44,800 bases of DNA, taken from positions 1-44,800 of the forward strand of contig JAITFW010000006.1 of the NCBI GenBank assembly GCA_031281085.1, read 5' to 3'. Of the stretch, positions 33,949 through 44,739 are shown in pieces (position 1 is the stretch's first letter; every line of letters begins with the position of its first letter). The notes below the pieces were generated by a model. That model was not told the DNA's origin. It worked only from the letters and a program-made list of their open reading frames with translations, and made no database searches. Source of the DNA: Chlamydiales bacterium. GTDB lineage: Bacteria; Chlamydiota; Chlamydiia; Chlamydiales; Rhabdochlamydiaceae. A program made the position numbers and the translations under genes.

Positions 33949-34908
33949 ATGAATAAGCTCGAGCAACTTAAAAAAATAACAACCATTGTTTCTGATACTG
34001 GAGAAATTGAAGAAATTAAAACTTACCTACCAACAGACGCCACAACTAACCCCTCCTTAATCCTTGCAGCTTCTACTAAACCCGAATACCAATTCTTAAT
34101 TGAAGAAGCCATCCAATCAGGATTAAAAACCAAGCGAACAGGTTCTTCTTTGATTGAATTCATCATCGATAAACTGTTTGTCAATTTCGGTTCGGAAATC
34201 TTAAAAATTATCCCGGGACGAGTATCTACGGAAATCGATGCTCATCTTTCTTTTGATACAGAGAAAAGCATAGAAAAAGCTCGTCGTTTAATTGCTTTAT
34301 ATGAAGAAGCTGGTATCCAACGCAGCCGCATTCTGATTAAATTAGCCTCTACATGGGAAGGTATTCAAGCAGCTAAGCAACTGGAAAAAGAATATATTCA
34401 TTGTAATATGACCCTGCTTTTTAGTTTAGAACAAGCAGTAGCTTGTGCAGAGGCAAAAGTTACGTTGATCTCCCCTTTTGTGGGTCGTATCCTGGATTGG
34501 TATAAAAAACAGGAGAAAAAAGACTCTTATCCTCCTGCGGAAGACCCTGGTGTTATCTCCGTTACAACCATTTACAACTACTACAAGAAAATGGGTTATA
34601 AAACCCAAATCATGGGAGCTAGCTTTCGCAATACGGATGAAATCTTGGAATTAGCGGGCTGTGATCTATTGACGATTGCTCCTAAATTACTTGCAGAGCT
34701 ACAAAACCTAGAAGGACCTCTAAAACGAAAACTCGATCTTGAAACGGCAAATAAAACTACCGTTGATCAAATTGCATTAGACGAGAAATCTTTCCGATGG
34801 CATCTTAATGAAAACGCTATGGCAACCGAAAAGCTCTCAGAAGGGATTCGCATTTTTGCTAAGGACAGTCTAAAATTAAAAAAAATGATTGAGAAAAAGA
34901 TAAAGTAG
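33949..34908 (+). CDS. tal: Transaldolase
   Basis: [51 protein letters not shown]. Confidence 0.98.
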   Translation: MNKLEQLKKITTIVSDTGEIEEIKTYLPTDATTNPSLILAASTKPEYQFLIEEAIQSGLKTKRTGSSLIEFIIDKLFVNFGSEILKIIPGRVSTEIDAHLSFDTEKSIEKARRLIALYEEAGIQRSRILIKLASTWEGIQAAKQLEKEYIHCNMTLLFSLEQAVACAEAKVTLISPFVGRILDWYKKQEKKDSYPPAEDPGVISVTTIYNYYKKMGYKTQIMGASFRNTDEILELAGCDLLTIAPKLLAELQNLEGPLKRKLDLETANKTTVDQIALDEKSFRWHLNENAMATEKLSEGIRIFAKDSLKLKKMIEKKIK

Positions 34909-34984
34909 ACTATTAATAAAATACTTATATCCATCTTAAACCTAAACCATCGCCAAGTGGATCGTACAAGTTATCCTCCTTGTT

Positions 34985-35202
34985 GGAAGGGATACAACAT
35001 AGAATTAGTAGAATGAAAAACCAAAAGGGATATTGGGTTTTATGAAGTTGCCTTGGGCCATCTATGTCTGGAAAAACTTCTCTAAGAGATTGTACATTTT
35101 TTTTAAACCAATGATTTATGTTAGCTCAGAAAATGTTCATGGGTCTTTTTAGAAACGGTCAAGAAGAATCAAATAAAATCGTTAAATTTTTAAAAAGCCC
35201 TG
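34985..35202 (-). mobile_element. Probable ISAs1-family 5' remnant
   Basis: Minus strand CAGGGC end at 35202, then a broken frame SLREVFPDIDGPRQLHKTQYPFWFFILLILCC, like the ISAs1 L...F..I.DPR...K..YPL..IL...C start. Confidence 0.55.
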
Positions 35203-35361
35203 AGACAAATCTATAACTTGCTATTTTCTTTTTTTTTAATGCTTCTCTTATATAACATGTGCTAAATTCACTCAAAGCAAAGGGAAAATTTTAACACGAA
35301 AAAGTTGGCCTTGCGTAACATGAGTGGATGATTCTTGCGATAAAGACTTCAAGGAGGAGTT

Positions 35362-35760
35362 ATGTCTATACCACAAGTAGAGTCAGGTACTACATACCAA
35401 CAGTTAGAACAAAATCCTACGACTTTTTCTTATCGATTAGCTCAACGCTGTTTTTCAGTTAAAGGATTAACACTTCTATGCACAGGAATAGCATTAATAG
35501 CAACGAGTATTTATTATTTAACTATGCATAGATCGAATACAGAAATCGATGTCGATGATCATTTTCCTCATGATTTCGTCTTTTCTTTCTATTGCAAAGA
35601 AACTTGCTCTCTCCTCTATAAATTTACTCAAGACCAAATGCAATCATGTAAAAAATACTGCGATGACACTTCCACTCATACTTTTCCGAATGTCTGTATT
35701 CTGGCTTGTGATAAATTAGGAACGAGTGTCCTTTTAAAATGTATAAAAAGTTGTAAATAA
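35362..35760 (+). CDS. Single-TM protein with a C-terminal 4xCX3C cysteine-rich domain
   Basis: AAGGAGGAG RBS; TM at about residues 35-54; CKETC, CKKYC, CILAC, CIKSC. Confidence 0.8.
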   Translation: MSIPQVESGTTYQQLEQNPTTFSYRLAQRCFSVKGLTLLCTGIALIATSIYYLTMHRSNTEIDVDDHFPHDFVFSFYCKETCSLLYKFTQDQMQSCKKYCDDTSTHTFPNVCILACDKLGTSVLLKCIKSCK

Positions 35761-35787
35761 AGATAAATCTTATTTACAACTTTATTT
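35747..35787 (+). terminator. Hairpin overlapping the stop of the Cys-rich gene
   Basis: AAAGTTGTAAATAA...TTATTTACAACTTT, a 14-bp inverted repeat. Confidence 0.55.
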
Positions 35788-35912
35788 ACCCCACATCTCT
35801 TCTAAGTTCGCTAGGGCATGTCGTTCATTAAGCTAGCATTAAACTAGATTGAGTACTACTCGTTAGGATAAGGCTGTTCGCAACTTTTTATCAACAGTAT
35901 GCTTATCGGATT

Positions 35913-35943
35913 AAAAAAAGAGCTCTTTTAAAAAGAGCTCTTT
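35913..35943 (-). terminator. Probable ftsH terminator
   Basis: Palindrome AAAGAGCTCTTT present twice in tandem, followed by a T run on the minus strand, just after the ftsH stop. Confidence 0.6.
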
Positions 35944-35951
35944 ACAAAGAT

Positions 35952-38690
35952 TTAAATCTGCTGAGAAGAAGGGCTATCGCTAATCGGGAAGGGACGATCA
36001 GAGGATGATTGTGGCGGTGGTGGCGCCTTTTTCTGTTGTTTCTCTTCTTCTAGACTTTTTTTCTTTTTTTCGACATCGAAAGTTCCATCGATGAGAGCTC
36101 GAGCTTCTTCACCGCTTATGGTTTCATATTCTACTAAAGCTTCTGCAAGCCTTTGCAAGCCCTCTCGCTTCCCTGAAATAATCTGAGTCGCCTTTTCATT
36201 TGCTTCGTGAAGAATTTTTTTAACCTCTTCATCAATAGCTTCTGCAGTTGCTTCAGAATAACTTTTTTCATGATAATTAGACACTCCTATATACTGCCCA
36301 TTATCGGATCCTTCGTCATAAGCAACAGTGCCTAGTTTTTCATTCATTCCCCATGTACACACCATACGACGAGCAAGTTTTGTAGCTTGTGAAATATCCA
36401 TTTGCGCACCGCTTGAAATATCTCCAATAAAAATCTCTTCTGCAATACGCCCTCCCATAAGCACAGCAAGTTCATCTAAGAGTTCTTTTTTCCAATAGCT
36501 TAATTTATTCTTCTTAGGCATAAAGTGCGTAGCTCCAAGAGACAACCCCCTAGGAATAATGGTAACTTTGTCTACAGGATCTGCATGTTTGACAAAAAGA
36601 GCAACTGCAGTATGTCCTGCTTCATGATAGGCTGTGGTTTTCTTTTCATTTTGAGAAATTTCTAAGCTTCTACGCTCTTTTCCATAACGCACCTTATCAC
36701 AAGCTTCTGCAGCATCAGCTGCTGTTACTGCATAACGTCCTTTACGCGCTGATAATAAAGCTGCTTCATTCAGAATATTTGCTAAATCAGCACCCGATGA
36801 GCCCGGTGTATTACGAGCAATATTCATCAGATCCACGGTAGAATCCAATTTAATTTTACGGGCATGCACCTTTAAAATCTCATATCTACCTTTAATATCG
36901 GGAAGATCGATTACAATTCTTCGATCAAACCGACCAGGACGCAATAGCGCTTTATCTAGTACATCGGGACGATTGGTCGCAGCAATTAAAATGACCCCTT
37001 CATTTGTATCAAACCCATCCATTTCAACAAGAAGCTGATTGAGCGTTTGTTCTCTTTCATCATGCCCACCGCCAATTCCAGAACCGCGATGACGTCCCAC
37101 AGCATCAATCTCATCGATAAAAATAATACAAGGAGCACTCTTTTTAGCCTGATCGAAGAGATCTCGAATTCGACTTGCCCCCACACCGACAAACATTTCT
37201 ACAAAATCAGAACCTGAAATAAAGAAAAAAGGACGATCGGCCTCTCCTGCAACAGCTTTAGCTATTAAAGTTTTCCCTGTTCCAGGAGCCCCTACCATTA
37301 AAACTCCTTTAGGGATGCGGGCTCCTAAAGCAGTGAATTTGCTAGGCTCTTTTAAAAAATCAACAATTTCTTGTAATTCCTCTTTAGCTTCTTCGCAACC
37401 AGCCACGTCTTTAAAAGTAAATTTATTCTTGTCTTTAGTTAAAAGACGAGCAGGCGACTTACCAAAATTCATCGCGCTTGTCCCTACTCCTTTCATCTGA
37501 CGAGAAAAGATAAAATACAAGACAGCAACGACAAGCACTACTGGCAAAATCGTCAAAATATAGCTAAAATAATTAGGAGAGGGTTCTTCACTTTTAAAAG
37601 TCTTCTCCAATACAAGATTACGAGGCTGGTCTGGAGCTTTAAACAAAGCCCCTTTATTCACTCCAAAATTATCCCATTCTTGTTTAGCTTGGGAGAACCA
37701 ATGGGCATACACTTCAGGATCTTGTTTTTCTAGCATTCGAGTAGATAACTCTTGGTTATTAAAATACCAAGTGACATTTGCAACGTTTTGCCTAGATTTT
37801 TCAAACTGTGCCTCATTTTTCTCTAACAGAGAAAGCACACTTGCATACTCTTCTAACTGAGTCTTATAGTTACGCACACTTCTTAATTGAAGCAAACGTA
37901 CATTCTGTTGTTCTTGATTGAGCTCTGAAACAAGCTGATCTAATGAAGTAAGAGCGCTCCGATAAATGGAAATCTGCTCCTGTGGGGTTAGAGAAAAAGC
38001 TTGGCTTACTTCTCGATAGAGCTCTTTAAGCTGCTGTTTCATCGTTTCATTGCCAATACCAAGAGCAGGAGAACGAAACCTCTCAATCAAAGTGAGTAAA
38101 TCTTTACCAAAAGTAGCGGCTTCCATCGGATTTGCTTCTCGAGAGAGCACAGGAAATGTTTTTTCTAGGTCATTAAGACTAGTTAACCCTTGACTAGAGG
38201 TAGATGAAATAACAACGCTATGGTTTTCATGAGGAGTGTTATAAATAGGGTCTATGAGAACATATCCCTCTTTGGGAATCGGCTGCCCACTTAAGCGAAG
38301 TAATAGATCTGCCGATTCTTCCACTAGTTTTTTCGATTGACCAATCGCAGAAGCTAACTCCTCTTTTTTCCCACTAAGTTCATGGTTTACATAAAGAAGT
38401 TCAAGATAGCGATAATGGCTTTTTGCCTCATCGCTTTGTTTATCCTTAAACCTACCAGAAAAGGTCACTAAATTATCGTTTAATGCTGTTTTACGGCTCT
38501 CGTCTTTTTGGATCAAATCCAAATTTACGAGATGCTCTACTTGATAACTAAAAGAAACTTTAGCAGCTTTGTCATTCTGTAAATTTTGAATGGTCAAAAT
38601 CACCAAGACGGCTGCTAGTAGCAGAATAAAAAAGCCCCCGGGTAAACCTTTTTTAGGACTAGATTCTGGTTTTAAACTGTCATTATTCAT
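35952..38690 (-). CDS. ftsH: ATP-dependent zinc metalloprotease FtsH (large chlamydial periplasmic domain)
   Basis: Walker [30 protein letters not shown] and HEAGH; two TMs flanking about 340 aa. Confidence 0.99.
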   Translation of the reverse strand: MNNDSLKPESSPKKGLPGGFFILLLAAVLVILTIQNLQNDKAAKVSFSYQVEHLVNLDLIQKDESRKTALNDNLVTFSGRFKDKQSDEAKSHYRYLELLYVNHELSGKKEELASAIGQSKKLVEESADLLLRLSGQPIPKEGYVLIDPIYNTPHENHSVVISSTSSQGLTSLNDLEKTFPVLSREANPMEAATFGKDLLTLIERFRSPALGIGNETMKQQLKELYREVSQAFSLTPQEQISIYRSALTSLDQLVSELNQEQQNVRLLQLRSVRNYKTQLEEYASVLSLLEKNEAQFEKSRQNVANVTWYFNNQELSTRMLEKQDPEVYAHWFSQAKQEWDNFGVNKGALFKAPDQPRNLVLEKTFKSEEPSPNYFSYILTILPVVLVVAVLYFIFSRQMKGVGTSAMNFGKSPARLLTKDKNKFTFKDVAGCEEAKEELQEIVDFLKEPSKFTALGARIPKGVLMVGAPGTGKTLIAKAVAGEADRPFFFISGSDFVEMFVGVGASRIRDLFDQAKKSAPCIIFIDEIDAVGRHRGSGIGGGHDEREQTLNQLLVEMDGFDTNEGVILIAATNRPDVLDKALLRPGRFDRRIVIDLPDIKGRYEILKVHARKIKLDSTVDLMNIARNTPGSSGADLANILNEAALLSARKGRYAVTAADAAEACDKVRYGKERRSLEISQNEKKTTAYHEAGHTAVALFVKHADPVDKVTIIPRGLSLGATHFMPKKNKLSYWKKELLDELAVLMGGRIAEEIFIGDISSGAQMDISQATKLARRMVCTWGMNEKLGTVAYDEGSDNGQYIGVSNYHEKSYSEATAEAIDEEVKKILHEANEKATQIISGKREGLQRLAEALVEYETISGEEARALIDGTFDVEKKKKSLEEEKQQKKAPPPPQSSSDRPFPISDSPSSQQI

Positions 38691-38956
38691 AATATTTAAA
38701 TACTCTCTTGGATTAAAGGATTAAACCACTTAATCTCGATTAAAGTAAAGCTGTTTTTACCCTTTAGTTTTATAATCAAATCATTGAGAACAAGTACATT
38801 CTACTCTAAGCATAAAACCTTGTAAGGTGGAGTTTTTTCACATCTTAGCAAAAAGAAAATTATTTTTTCTTTCATTTTCAAACTACTTTGTTTGAATTAT
38901 ATGAATCTAAATGATTTAGAATTATATAATAAATATTAAACTGCTATTTTCTCATA

Positions 38957-39931
38957 CTATTTTTTTATTAAAACAAGTCGTCCAGAATCAATTTTTAATA
39001 ACTTTTTCTTATAAACAAGTTCCTTTTTAGTTTTGTTCTTTACTATATATTCCATGATTGTATCCATAAAGGAACTAGGTAATATCACTTTCTGCATTCG
39101 CAACCATTGTTTAACAGCATAGTAGAGCTCTACTGCATCTAAAGGCAGAAAAGGGTTTAAATCCCATTCTACTTTGCTACCATCTTCCTTTTGCGTCGTG
39201 AATAGGATACGATTTTTTTGGTAAAAATAGCTATCTAGTTCCTGTGCCTGTCTTCCTAGTTTACAAAGATTTCCAGCAATTTGCTTACCAAAAAGACGGC
39301 TTAATTCCGGAAAGATCTCTTTACGCATTCTCGCTCTTAAAAATTGAGAATCCTCATTTGTAGGATCTTCTATAGAGACAAAAGATTTTTTTTCTAACCA
39401 CTCACGAAGAACCTTTTTAGAAACCGGGAGTAGAGGACGCCAAATACACATTTCTTCCAGTCTCACATCCGGTTGCATTCCGCGAAGCGAGGTAAGATGA
39501 GCTCCTTCGCAGATTCTTTTTAAAATAACCTCTGCTTGATCTTCTGCTTGATGTGCTAACAAAAGAGCCTGACAATCTAATTTTTGATAAAGGCTCTTGA
39601 AAAACCGCAACCTTTTTTCCCGGCCTTGTTGCTCTAGGTTTTTTTTTTCAAAATCTTCAAAACATAAAACTTTTAAGTAAAAGCGCAACCCGAGTCCTTC
39701 CACTTCTTCTTGCAGCATTTTAGCTTGTTTTCCGCTCTCTTCTCGCCATCCATGATCAATATGGGCCACATAAAGAGGAAATTTGAATAATAAAGAACAC
39801 TCTAAGCTTAAATAAAGCAAAGCCTTAGAATCGCACCCTCCTGAATAACCTATTAAAATAGGTTGATTGGATACATTTTTTGATTTTAGAAAATCTTTCA
39901 CAGTTTTAAGCGGGTCTTTTATCTTTAACAT
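38957..39931 (-). CDS. tilS: tRNA(Ile)-lysidine synthetase
   Basis: SGG.DS PP-loop, H.DHG.R.ES, AH...DQAE, RPLL, DPTN.D..F.R.R.R. Confidence 0.95.
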   Translation of the reverse strand: MLKIKDPLKTVKDFLKSKNVSNQPILIGYSGGCDSKALLYLSLECSLLFKFPLYVAHIDHGWREESGKQAKMLQEEVEGLGLRFYLKVLCFEDFEKKNLEQQGREKRLRFFKSLYQKLDCQALLLAHQAEDQAEVILKRICEGAHLTSLRGMQPDVRLEEMCIWRPLLPVSKKVLREWLEKKSFVSIEDPTNEDSQFLRARMRKEIFPELSRLFGKQIAGNLCKLGRQAQELDSYFYQKNRILFTTQKEDGSKVEWDLNPFLPLDAVELYYAVKQWLRMQKVILPSSFMDTIMEYIVKNKTKKELVYKKKLLKIDSGRLVLIKK

Positions 39932-40001
39932 TTTCCTCTTTTTGAAATATTTCGCAATCTCCTAGAATAATGCATGACTTTTAATCCATTATTTTACGCT
40001 T

Positions 40002-41102
40002 ATGCCCATTTTATGGCGCTATTTATTGCGCAATTACTTTCAAGTTTTTTTTCTTTGTGTAAGTGCATTTATTAGTGTGTTACTTGTGCTTCGTTTTCAA
40101 GAAATTGCCAGATTCATCACATCTGAAGCTTCTTTTACCAAGATCGCTCTATTCTCCCTATATCAAATCCCTTATATTTTGCCGATTGCTATTCCTATTT
40201 CTTGCCTAATTGCTTCCATTTTACTTTTTCAAAAGCTTAGCTATCATCAAGAAATTACAGCTTTGCGCACAATTGGTCTTAGTCTACAAAAAATAGTCAT
40301 CCCTATTTTATCCTCAGGATTTTTGCTGATTTTGCTCAATGCTATGATTGCTTTTGAATTAGCCCCTATTTGCCGAGGCAAAGCAAGGATGCTCATATAC
40401 GAGGTAGTCACTTCTAATCCTCTATTTATTTTACAAAAAGAAAGCCCTGTCAAACTTAAAAATATATACACAAACCTAAGGGTCTCAAGAGGAGCTAAAT
40501 CTGCAGAAGACGTTATTATCGCTACCAAAAATAGCTCTAGTAACCACCTTAGTTTGTTTTCTTTTAAAAATCTCTCTTTGGTTCATGAAGAATTAGAAGG
40601 AAATGCCATCTCTTACATTTCTTCTTTTGATTCCAAACAAGAATATGGTTTTGATCATCTTATGATTGAAAATCAAGATCACATGAAAATAAAAGCGATT
40701 CAGCTTGGTCAGTTTATACAGCATACTAACTGGTTATCTCATCACGATTACCTAACCTTGCGTATGCTCTTAGCAAAAGAGAGCTTACAAACACATGCTA
40801 AAATACCTAAGAAAATACTCATTGAAATCACGAAACGAAGTTCCATCGCTTTGGCAGCGTTTACTTTTACATTGATTGGCACCTGTTTAGGACTACAAAT
40901 TGGTCGCAACCCATCCAAGAAAAAAATCCTATGGGCTATTTCTTTAGCAGCTTTTTTTATGCTCTGTTTTATTATTGCTAAATCTATGTATCCTAACGCA
41001 CTTTTAGCTATGAGTCTATTCCTCATCCCCCATCCTTTAATAGCTTGGGCTAGTTATAGGCAACTAAAATTGATTTCTAAAGGAATGGAATCATGCATGT
41101 GA
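40002..41102 (+). CDS. lptF: LptF/LptG-family LPS export permease
   Basis: ILWRYLL, IP..LP.A.P...LIA, LS...EITALR..GLS; 3+3 TM layout. F versus G assigned by gene order only. Confidence 0.85.
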   Translation: MPILWRYLLRNYFQVFFLCVSAFISVLLVLRFQEIARFITSEASFTKIALFSLYQIPYILPIAIPISCLIASILLFQKLSYHQEITALRTIGLSLQKIVIPILSSGFLLILLNAMIAFELAPICRGKARMLIYEVVTSNPLFILQKESPVKLKNIYTNLRVSRGAKSAEDVIIATKNSSSNHLSLFSFKNLSLVHEELEGNAISYISSFDSKQEYGFDHLMIENQDHMKIKAIQLGQFIQHTNWLSHHDYLTLRMLLAKESLQTHAKIPKKILIEITKRSSIALAAFTFTLIGTCLGLQIGRNPSKKKILWAISLAAFFMLCFIIAKSMYPNALLAMSLFLIPHPLIAWASYRQLKLISKGMESCM

Positions 41103-42160
41103 AAATTTGGCAACGTTATCTTCTTCGAGAAATAGGTGGTTTTTTCTTTCTTTTTTTGAGTTGCTTTTACTTCATCTATGCATTAATAGATTACTCTCTG
41201 CATATACAAGACTTTATGCAAAATACAAGGATTCCTTTTTCTCACATCTTTTTATACTATCTATTTGAATTCGTTAAAAGAACAGACTTGTTGATTCCCT
41301 TAGCTGTCTTAATCACTACGATAAAGGTGCTATTTGCGTTCAACATAAGAGGGGAATTAGTAGCGCTAAGAGCTTCTGGTTTGTCTTTAAAAGTGATTCT
41401 ACGCCCCTTTTTTTATCTAGCCTCTGTTCTGGCTCTTTTTAATTATGCGAGTAATGAATGGATACTCCCTTCTAGTTTAGCCTTCGTCGATCAATTCCAA
41501 GAACAGCACTGGAAACACTCTTCTAAGGACAGTGATCTTCACACGCTATCTTTATCAGACCAATCTAAGCTCATTTATCAGGCTAAAAATCTTCAAAAGC
41601 AACGACTAACCGATGTATTTTGGATCCGCACTCCTGACGAAATTTGGCATATGAAATCTCTCTATTACGATTTAAAACAACCCACAGGTTTTTTTGTAGA
41701 TCGACTTACACGAAATGATAAAGGGCATTTTGAAAAGACAGAATCTTTTGAACAATACCCTTTTCCTTTACTTAAAGGCCTTCTAAAAAACGATAAGACA
41801 CCTTTTTCTCTAGAAAACCAAAAGATCAGCTCTTTATTTAAAGATTTAGTTAAAAATAGATTAAGTCCTTATGAGGATTCTATAGCTCTTTCTTATTTTC
41901 TATTGAAAATGACTATGCCTCTTTTATCTTTGTTAGTCGTTCTTGCCGTTACTCCTTTTTGTATAAGTCACAGACGCTCGTTTCCTGTCTTTTTCACCTA
42001 CGCTTTAGCTCTATTTGGATTTATCGCTTTTTTTACTTTACTAGATGCAGCTGTCATTCTAAGTAAAAATGAAACTATCTCTGCTTTTTATGCAATCCTC
42101 ATACCTTTTTGCATTTGCTTTAGTCTATTTTCTTACCGATATTTTAAGAGAGTACAATGA
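41093..42160 (+). CDS. lptG: LptF/LptG-family LPS export permease
   Basis: IWQRYLLRE, PLA.LI, GELVALRASGLS...I.RP; overlaps the upstream gene. Confidence 0.85.
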   Translation: MHVKIWQRYLLREIGGFFFLFLSCFYFIYALIDYSLHIQDFMQNTRIPFSHIFLYYLFEFVKRTDLLIPLAVLITTIKVLFAFNIRGELVALRASGLSLKVILRPFFYLASVLALFNYASNEWILPSSLAFVDQFQEQHWKHSSKDSDLHTLSLSDQSKLIYQAKNLQKQRLTDVFWIRTPDEIWHMKSLYYDLKQPTGFFVDRLTRNDKGHFEKTESFEQYPFPLLKGLLKNDKTPFSLENQKISSLFKDLVKNRLSPYEDSIALSYFLLKMTMPLLSLLVVLAVTPFCISHRRSFPVFFTYALALFGFIAFFTLLDAAVILSKNETISAFYAILIPFCICFSLFSYRYFKRVQ

Positions 42161-42894
42161 CCGCCTCATATAAACTCAGATCTCTTTTTCTTTTACAAAC
42201 TCTCCTAGCACTTTTATTAACAAGCTTGTTGTGGCCTAAAACAGCTGTCTATTGGCAAAAACTAGACATTGCATTTTTTAAACTGATCAATCAATCTCTA
42301 TTAGATCGTCATTACTGGCAAGTATTTTGGGCCTGTGCAAATCACAAATACGCAGACTGGGTGGAAGATCTATGTATATTGGTATTTTTCACTATATGGA
42401 TACGAAAATCTCCATGTTCTTTGCGTAAAATACGAATCGCACAATTGCTCTTTTGTGTTTTATACATCGCTTTTATTCTCTTCTTTGTGAATCGGATGCT
42501 TTTTCGTGATTTTATTTCTATACCAAGACCTAGTCCTTCTTTGGTGATCGAAAATAACGTAATGTTATCGCAAAAAATTTCTTGGATGAAAATCAAAGAT
42601 GTATCTCAAACGAGCTTTCCGGGAGACCATGCCACAACAGCTCTGCTTTTTGCGGCTAGCTTTTCTTATTTAGCAGGTCATCGATTTGCTATTGCGGCTT
42701 GGATCTATGCTGCTTTTCTCTGTATGCCTAGGTTAATTACAGGTGCTCATTGGCTCTCTGATGTAATTGTAGGTAGCGGTGGGATTGTTTTATTTTCTTT
42801 AAGCATTGCCTTCTGCACTCCACTAGCTCACAGCATAAGCTCTTATCTCGTGTGTATATTTCCTAGAAAGCAAGCAGAAAATAACGAAAACTAA
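42157..42894 (+). CDS. lpxT: PAP2-family enzyme, LpxT-like lipid A 1-diphosphate synthase
   Basis: W..LD...F...NQ.L, R.SPSL, KD.S..SFPGDH and PRL..GAHW.SD..VGS match the LpxT/YeiU subfamily (PGDH, not PSGH). Confidence 0.75.
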   Translation: MTASYKLRSLFLLQTLLALLLTSLLWPKTAVYWQKLDIAFFKLINQSLLDRHYWQVFWACANHKYADWVEDLCILVFFTIWIRKSPCSLRKIRIAQLLFCVLYIAFILFFVNRMLFRDFISIPRPSPSLVIENNVMLSQKISWMKIKDVSQTSFPGDHATTALLFAASFSYLAGHRFAIAAWIYAAFLCMPRLITGAHWLSDVIVGSGGIVLFSLSIAFCTPLAHSISSYLVCIFPRKQAENNEN

Positions 42895-42947
42895 CTTCAC
42901 CTTTTTAGAGCTTTGATCTAATCTAGAGATAAATCATTGGATAATCT

Positions 42948-44465
42948 ATGCATCCCTATCAAAGACTCGTTACACTCTCTAAACAAATCACCCATCTTTC
43001 TTCTGTTACCTATCTACTCGAATGGGATCAAGAAATCTATATGCCAACAGGTGGCATTGAATATCGCCCTGAGCAAATCGCTCTTCTTTCTGGTTTGATT
43101 CATCAAAAAAAAACAAGTAAAACTTTTGCAAAAGCATTAAACTCTTTAATTGATTTGGATACAAAAGAAATCAAAGACCCTCATCTAAACCCCATACAAA
43201 TCATCGCTTTGCAAAGATGGCATAGAGATTATCTATTAGCAACTAAAATCCCTTCTTCTTTTGTCAAAAACTTTGCCAATGTGACATCTAAAGCAGCACA
43301 TATATGGCAAGAGGCAAAAAGACATAATGATTTTAAGCTATTTCTTCCTCATCTACAAAAAGTGATTGCTCTCTGCCGTAAAAAAGCAGACGTTATCGGC
43401 TATCAAGAACATCCTTACGATGCTCTATTAGACACTTATGAGCCAGACACCAAAACTTCTGATCTGACAAATATATTTAATCAATTAAAACTGCCTTTAA
43501 AGCAATTGCTCAAAAAAATATCTATCAAAGAACCTATAGACAATCATTTTCTTTATCAGCTATGTCCTAAACATATACAGCTAGAATTCGTTCATTTGAT
43601 TTTGGAAAAAATGGGATTTTCTCCCTCTTCTTCTCGTTTAGATTGCTCTGTGCATCCCTTTTGTATAGGCCTGCAACCTAAAGATACTCGTATGACTGTA
43701 GCTGTAAACCCAGACAACATTCTTGGCACCATTAGTGCAACACTACATGAAGGAGGCCATGGTTTATACCACATGGGTCTTGCTGCTGAACATTATGGAA
43801 CTCCTCTTGCTGAATCGCTTTCTTTAGGAATTGATGAAAGCCAATCTCGTTTTTGGGAGACTTTCATTGGTCAAAATAGATGCTTTTGGCAGTATTTTTT
43901 TCCCCTATTACAAAAAAAGCTTCCTAAACAATTTAGATTCATTACTTTGGATCAATTCTATAGAGCAATGAATAGTGTAAAGCCTCACTTTATAAGAATT
44001 GAAACGGACGAAATTAGCTATAATCTGCATATCTTATTGCGTTTTGAAATAGAAAAACAACTCATCGAAGGATCTTTATCGGTTCAAGATATTCCCGAAG
44101 CCTGGAACGAGCGCATGCGTGATTATCTAGGCCTTGATCCAAAGTTCAACAGCCAGGGTTGCTTACAAGATATCCACTGGTCTTTAGGAATGATAGGATA
44201 CTTTCCTACCTATGCTTTAGGTAATCTTTACGCAGCGCAATTCTTTTCTCAATTCAAAAAAGATCAACCTGATTGGGAACTGCAAGTAGAGCAAGGAAAC
44301 CTCTCTTCTATTCACACTTGGCTACAAATCCATATTCATCGATTTGGAAGGCAATATACACAAGAAGAGCTTTGCCAAAAAGTGACAGGGGGCGCTCTCT
44401 CAGAAAAACCCTTTATTGACTATTTACAAAAAAAATACCACTCTCTTTATCAAATAGATCTCTAA
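42948..44465 (+). CDS. Carboxypeptidase, family M32
   Basis: LL.WDQE..MP, YDALLD.YEP, HPF, HEGGH, ESQSRFWE, IR.E.DE, GCLQDIHWS.G..GYFPTY. Confidence 0.97.
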   Translation: MHPYQRLVTLSKQITHLSSVTYLLEWDQEIYMPTGGIEYRPEQIALLSGLIHQKKTSKTFAKALNSLIDLDTKEIKDPHLNPIQIIALQRWHRDYLLATKIPSSFVKNFANVTSKAAHIWQEAKRHNDFKLFLPHLQKVIALCRKKADVIGYQEHPYDALLDTYEPDTKTSDLTNIFNQLKLPLKQLLKKISIKEPIDNHFLYQLCPKHIQLEFVHLILEKMGFSPSSSRLDCSVHPFCIGLQPKDTRMTVAVNPDNILGTISATLHEGGHGLYHMGLAAEHYGTPLAESLSLGIDESQSRFWETFIGQNRCFWQYFFPLLQKKLPKQFRFITLDQFYRAMNSVKPHFIRIETDEISYNLHILLRFEIEKQLIEGSLSVQDIPEAWNERMRDYLGLDPKFNSQGCLQDIHWSLGMIGYFPTYALGNLYAAQFFSQFKKDQPDWELQVEQGNLSSIHTWLQIHIHRFGRQYTQEELCQKVTGGALSEKPFIDYLQKKYHSLYQIDL

Positions 44466-44625
44466 AGAGCTTTTTAAGCAACTGCAATCATAAGGTATCG
44501 TTTTTTGATCTCTAACAGTAGGTTCTAAAAGTTCCACGGATAGATCTAAAAAACGGCTTACCCATGAAAATCAGCGTTTATCAGATTACATGTTGATATA
44601 TAAATTTAAAAAAATAAAGGAACAT

Positions 44626-44739
44626 ATGACTACAAAAGAAATTCATACAAATAATTCTCTTCCATTAGACAACTCTCTTCCATTAGAGCTCTTGCATAAC
44701 CTCAATTTCAAAGTTCCCAATTATAGATCCCTGCTATAA
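44626..44739 (+). pseudogene. 5' stub of a gene interrupted by an IS5-family element
   Basis: AAGGA RBS, MTTKEIHTNNSLPLDNSLPL, then the frame runs into IS sequence at 44686 and stops at 44739. Contains an 18-bp tandem duplication. Confidence 0.5.

Noticed and set aside
35800-35900. TIR-like strings (CATGTCGTTCATTAAGC, GGCTGTTCGCAA) suggesting further IS ends
   Set aside because: Too short, with no partner repeat or transposase peptide visible.
37560-38590. Large insertion in the FtsH N-terminal region
   Set aside because: An extended periplasmic domain is normal for chlamydial FtsH; no intein motifs.
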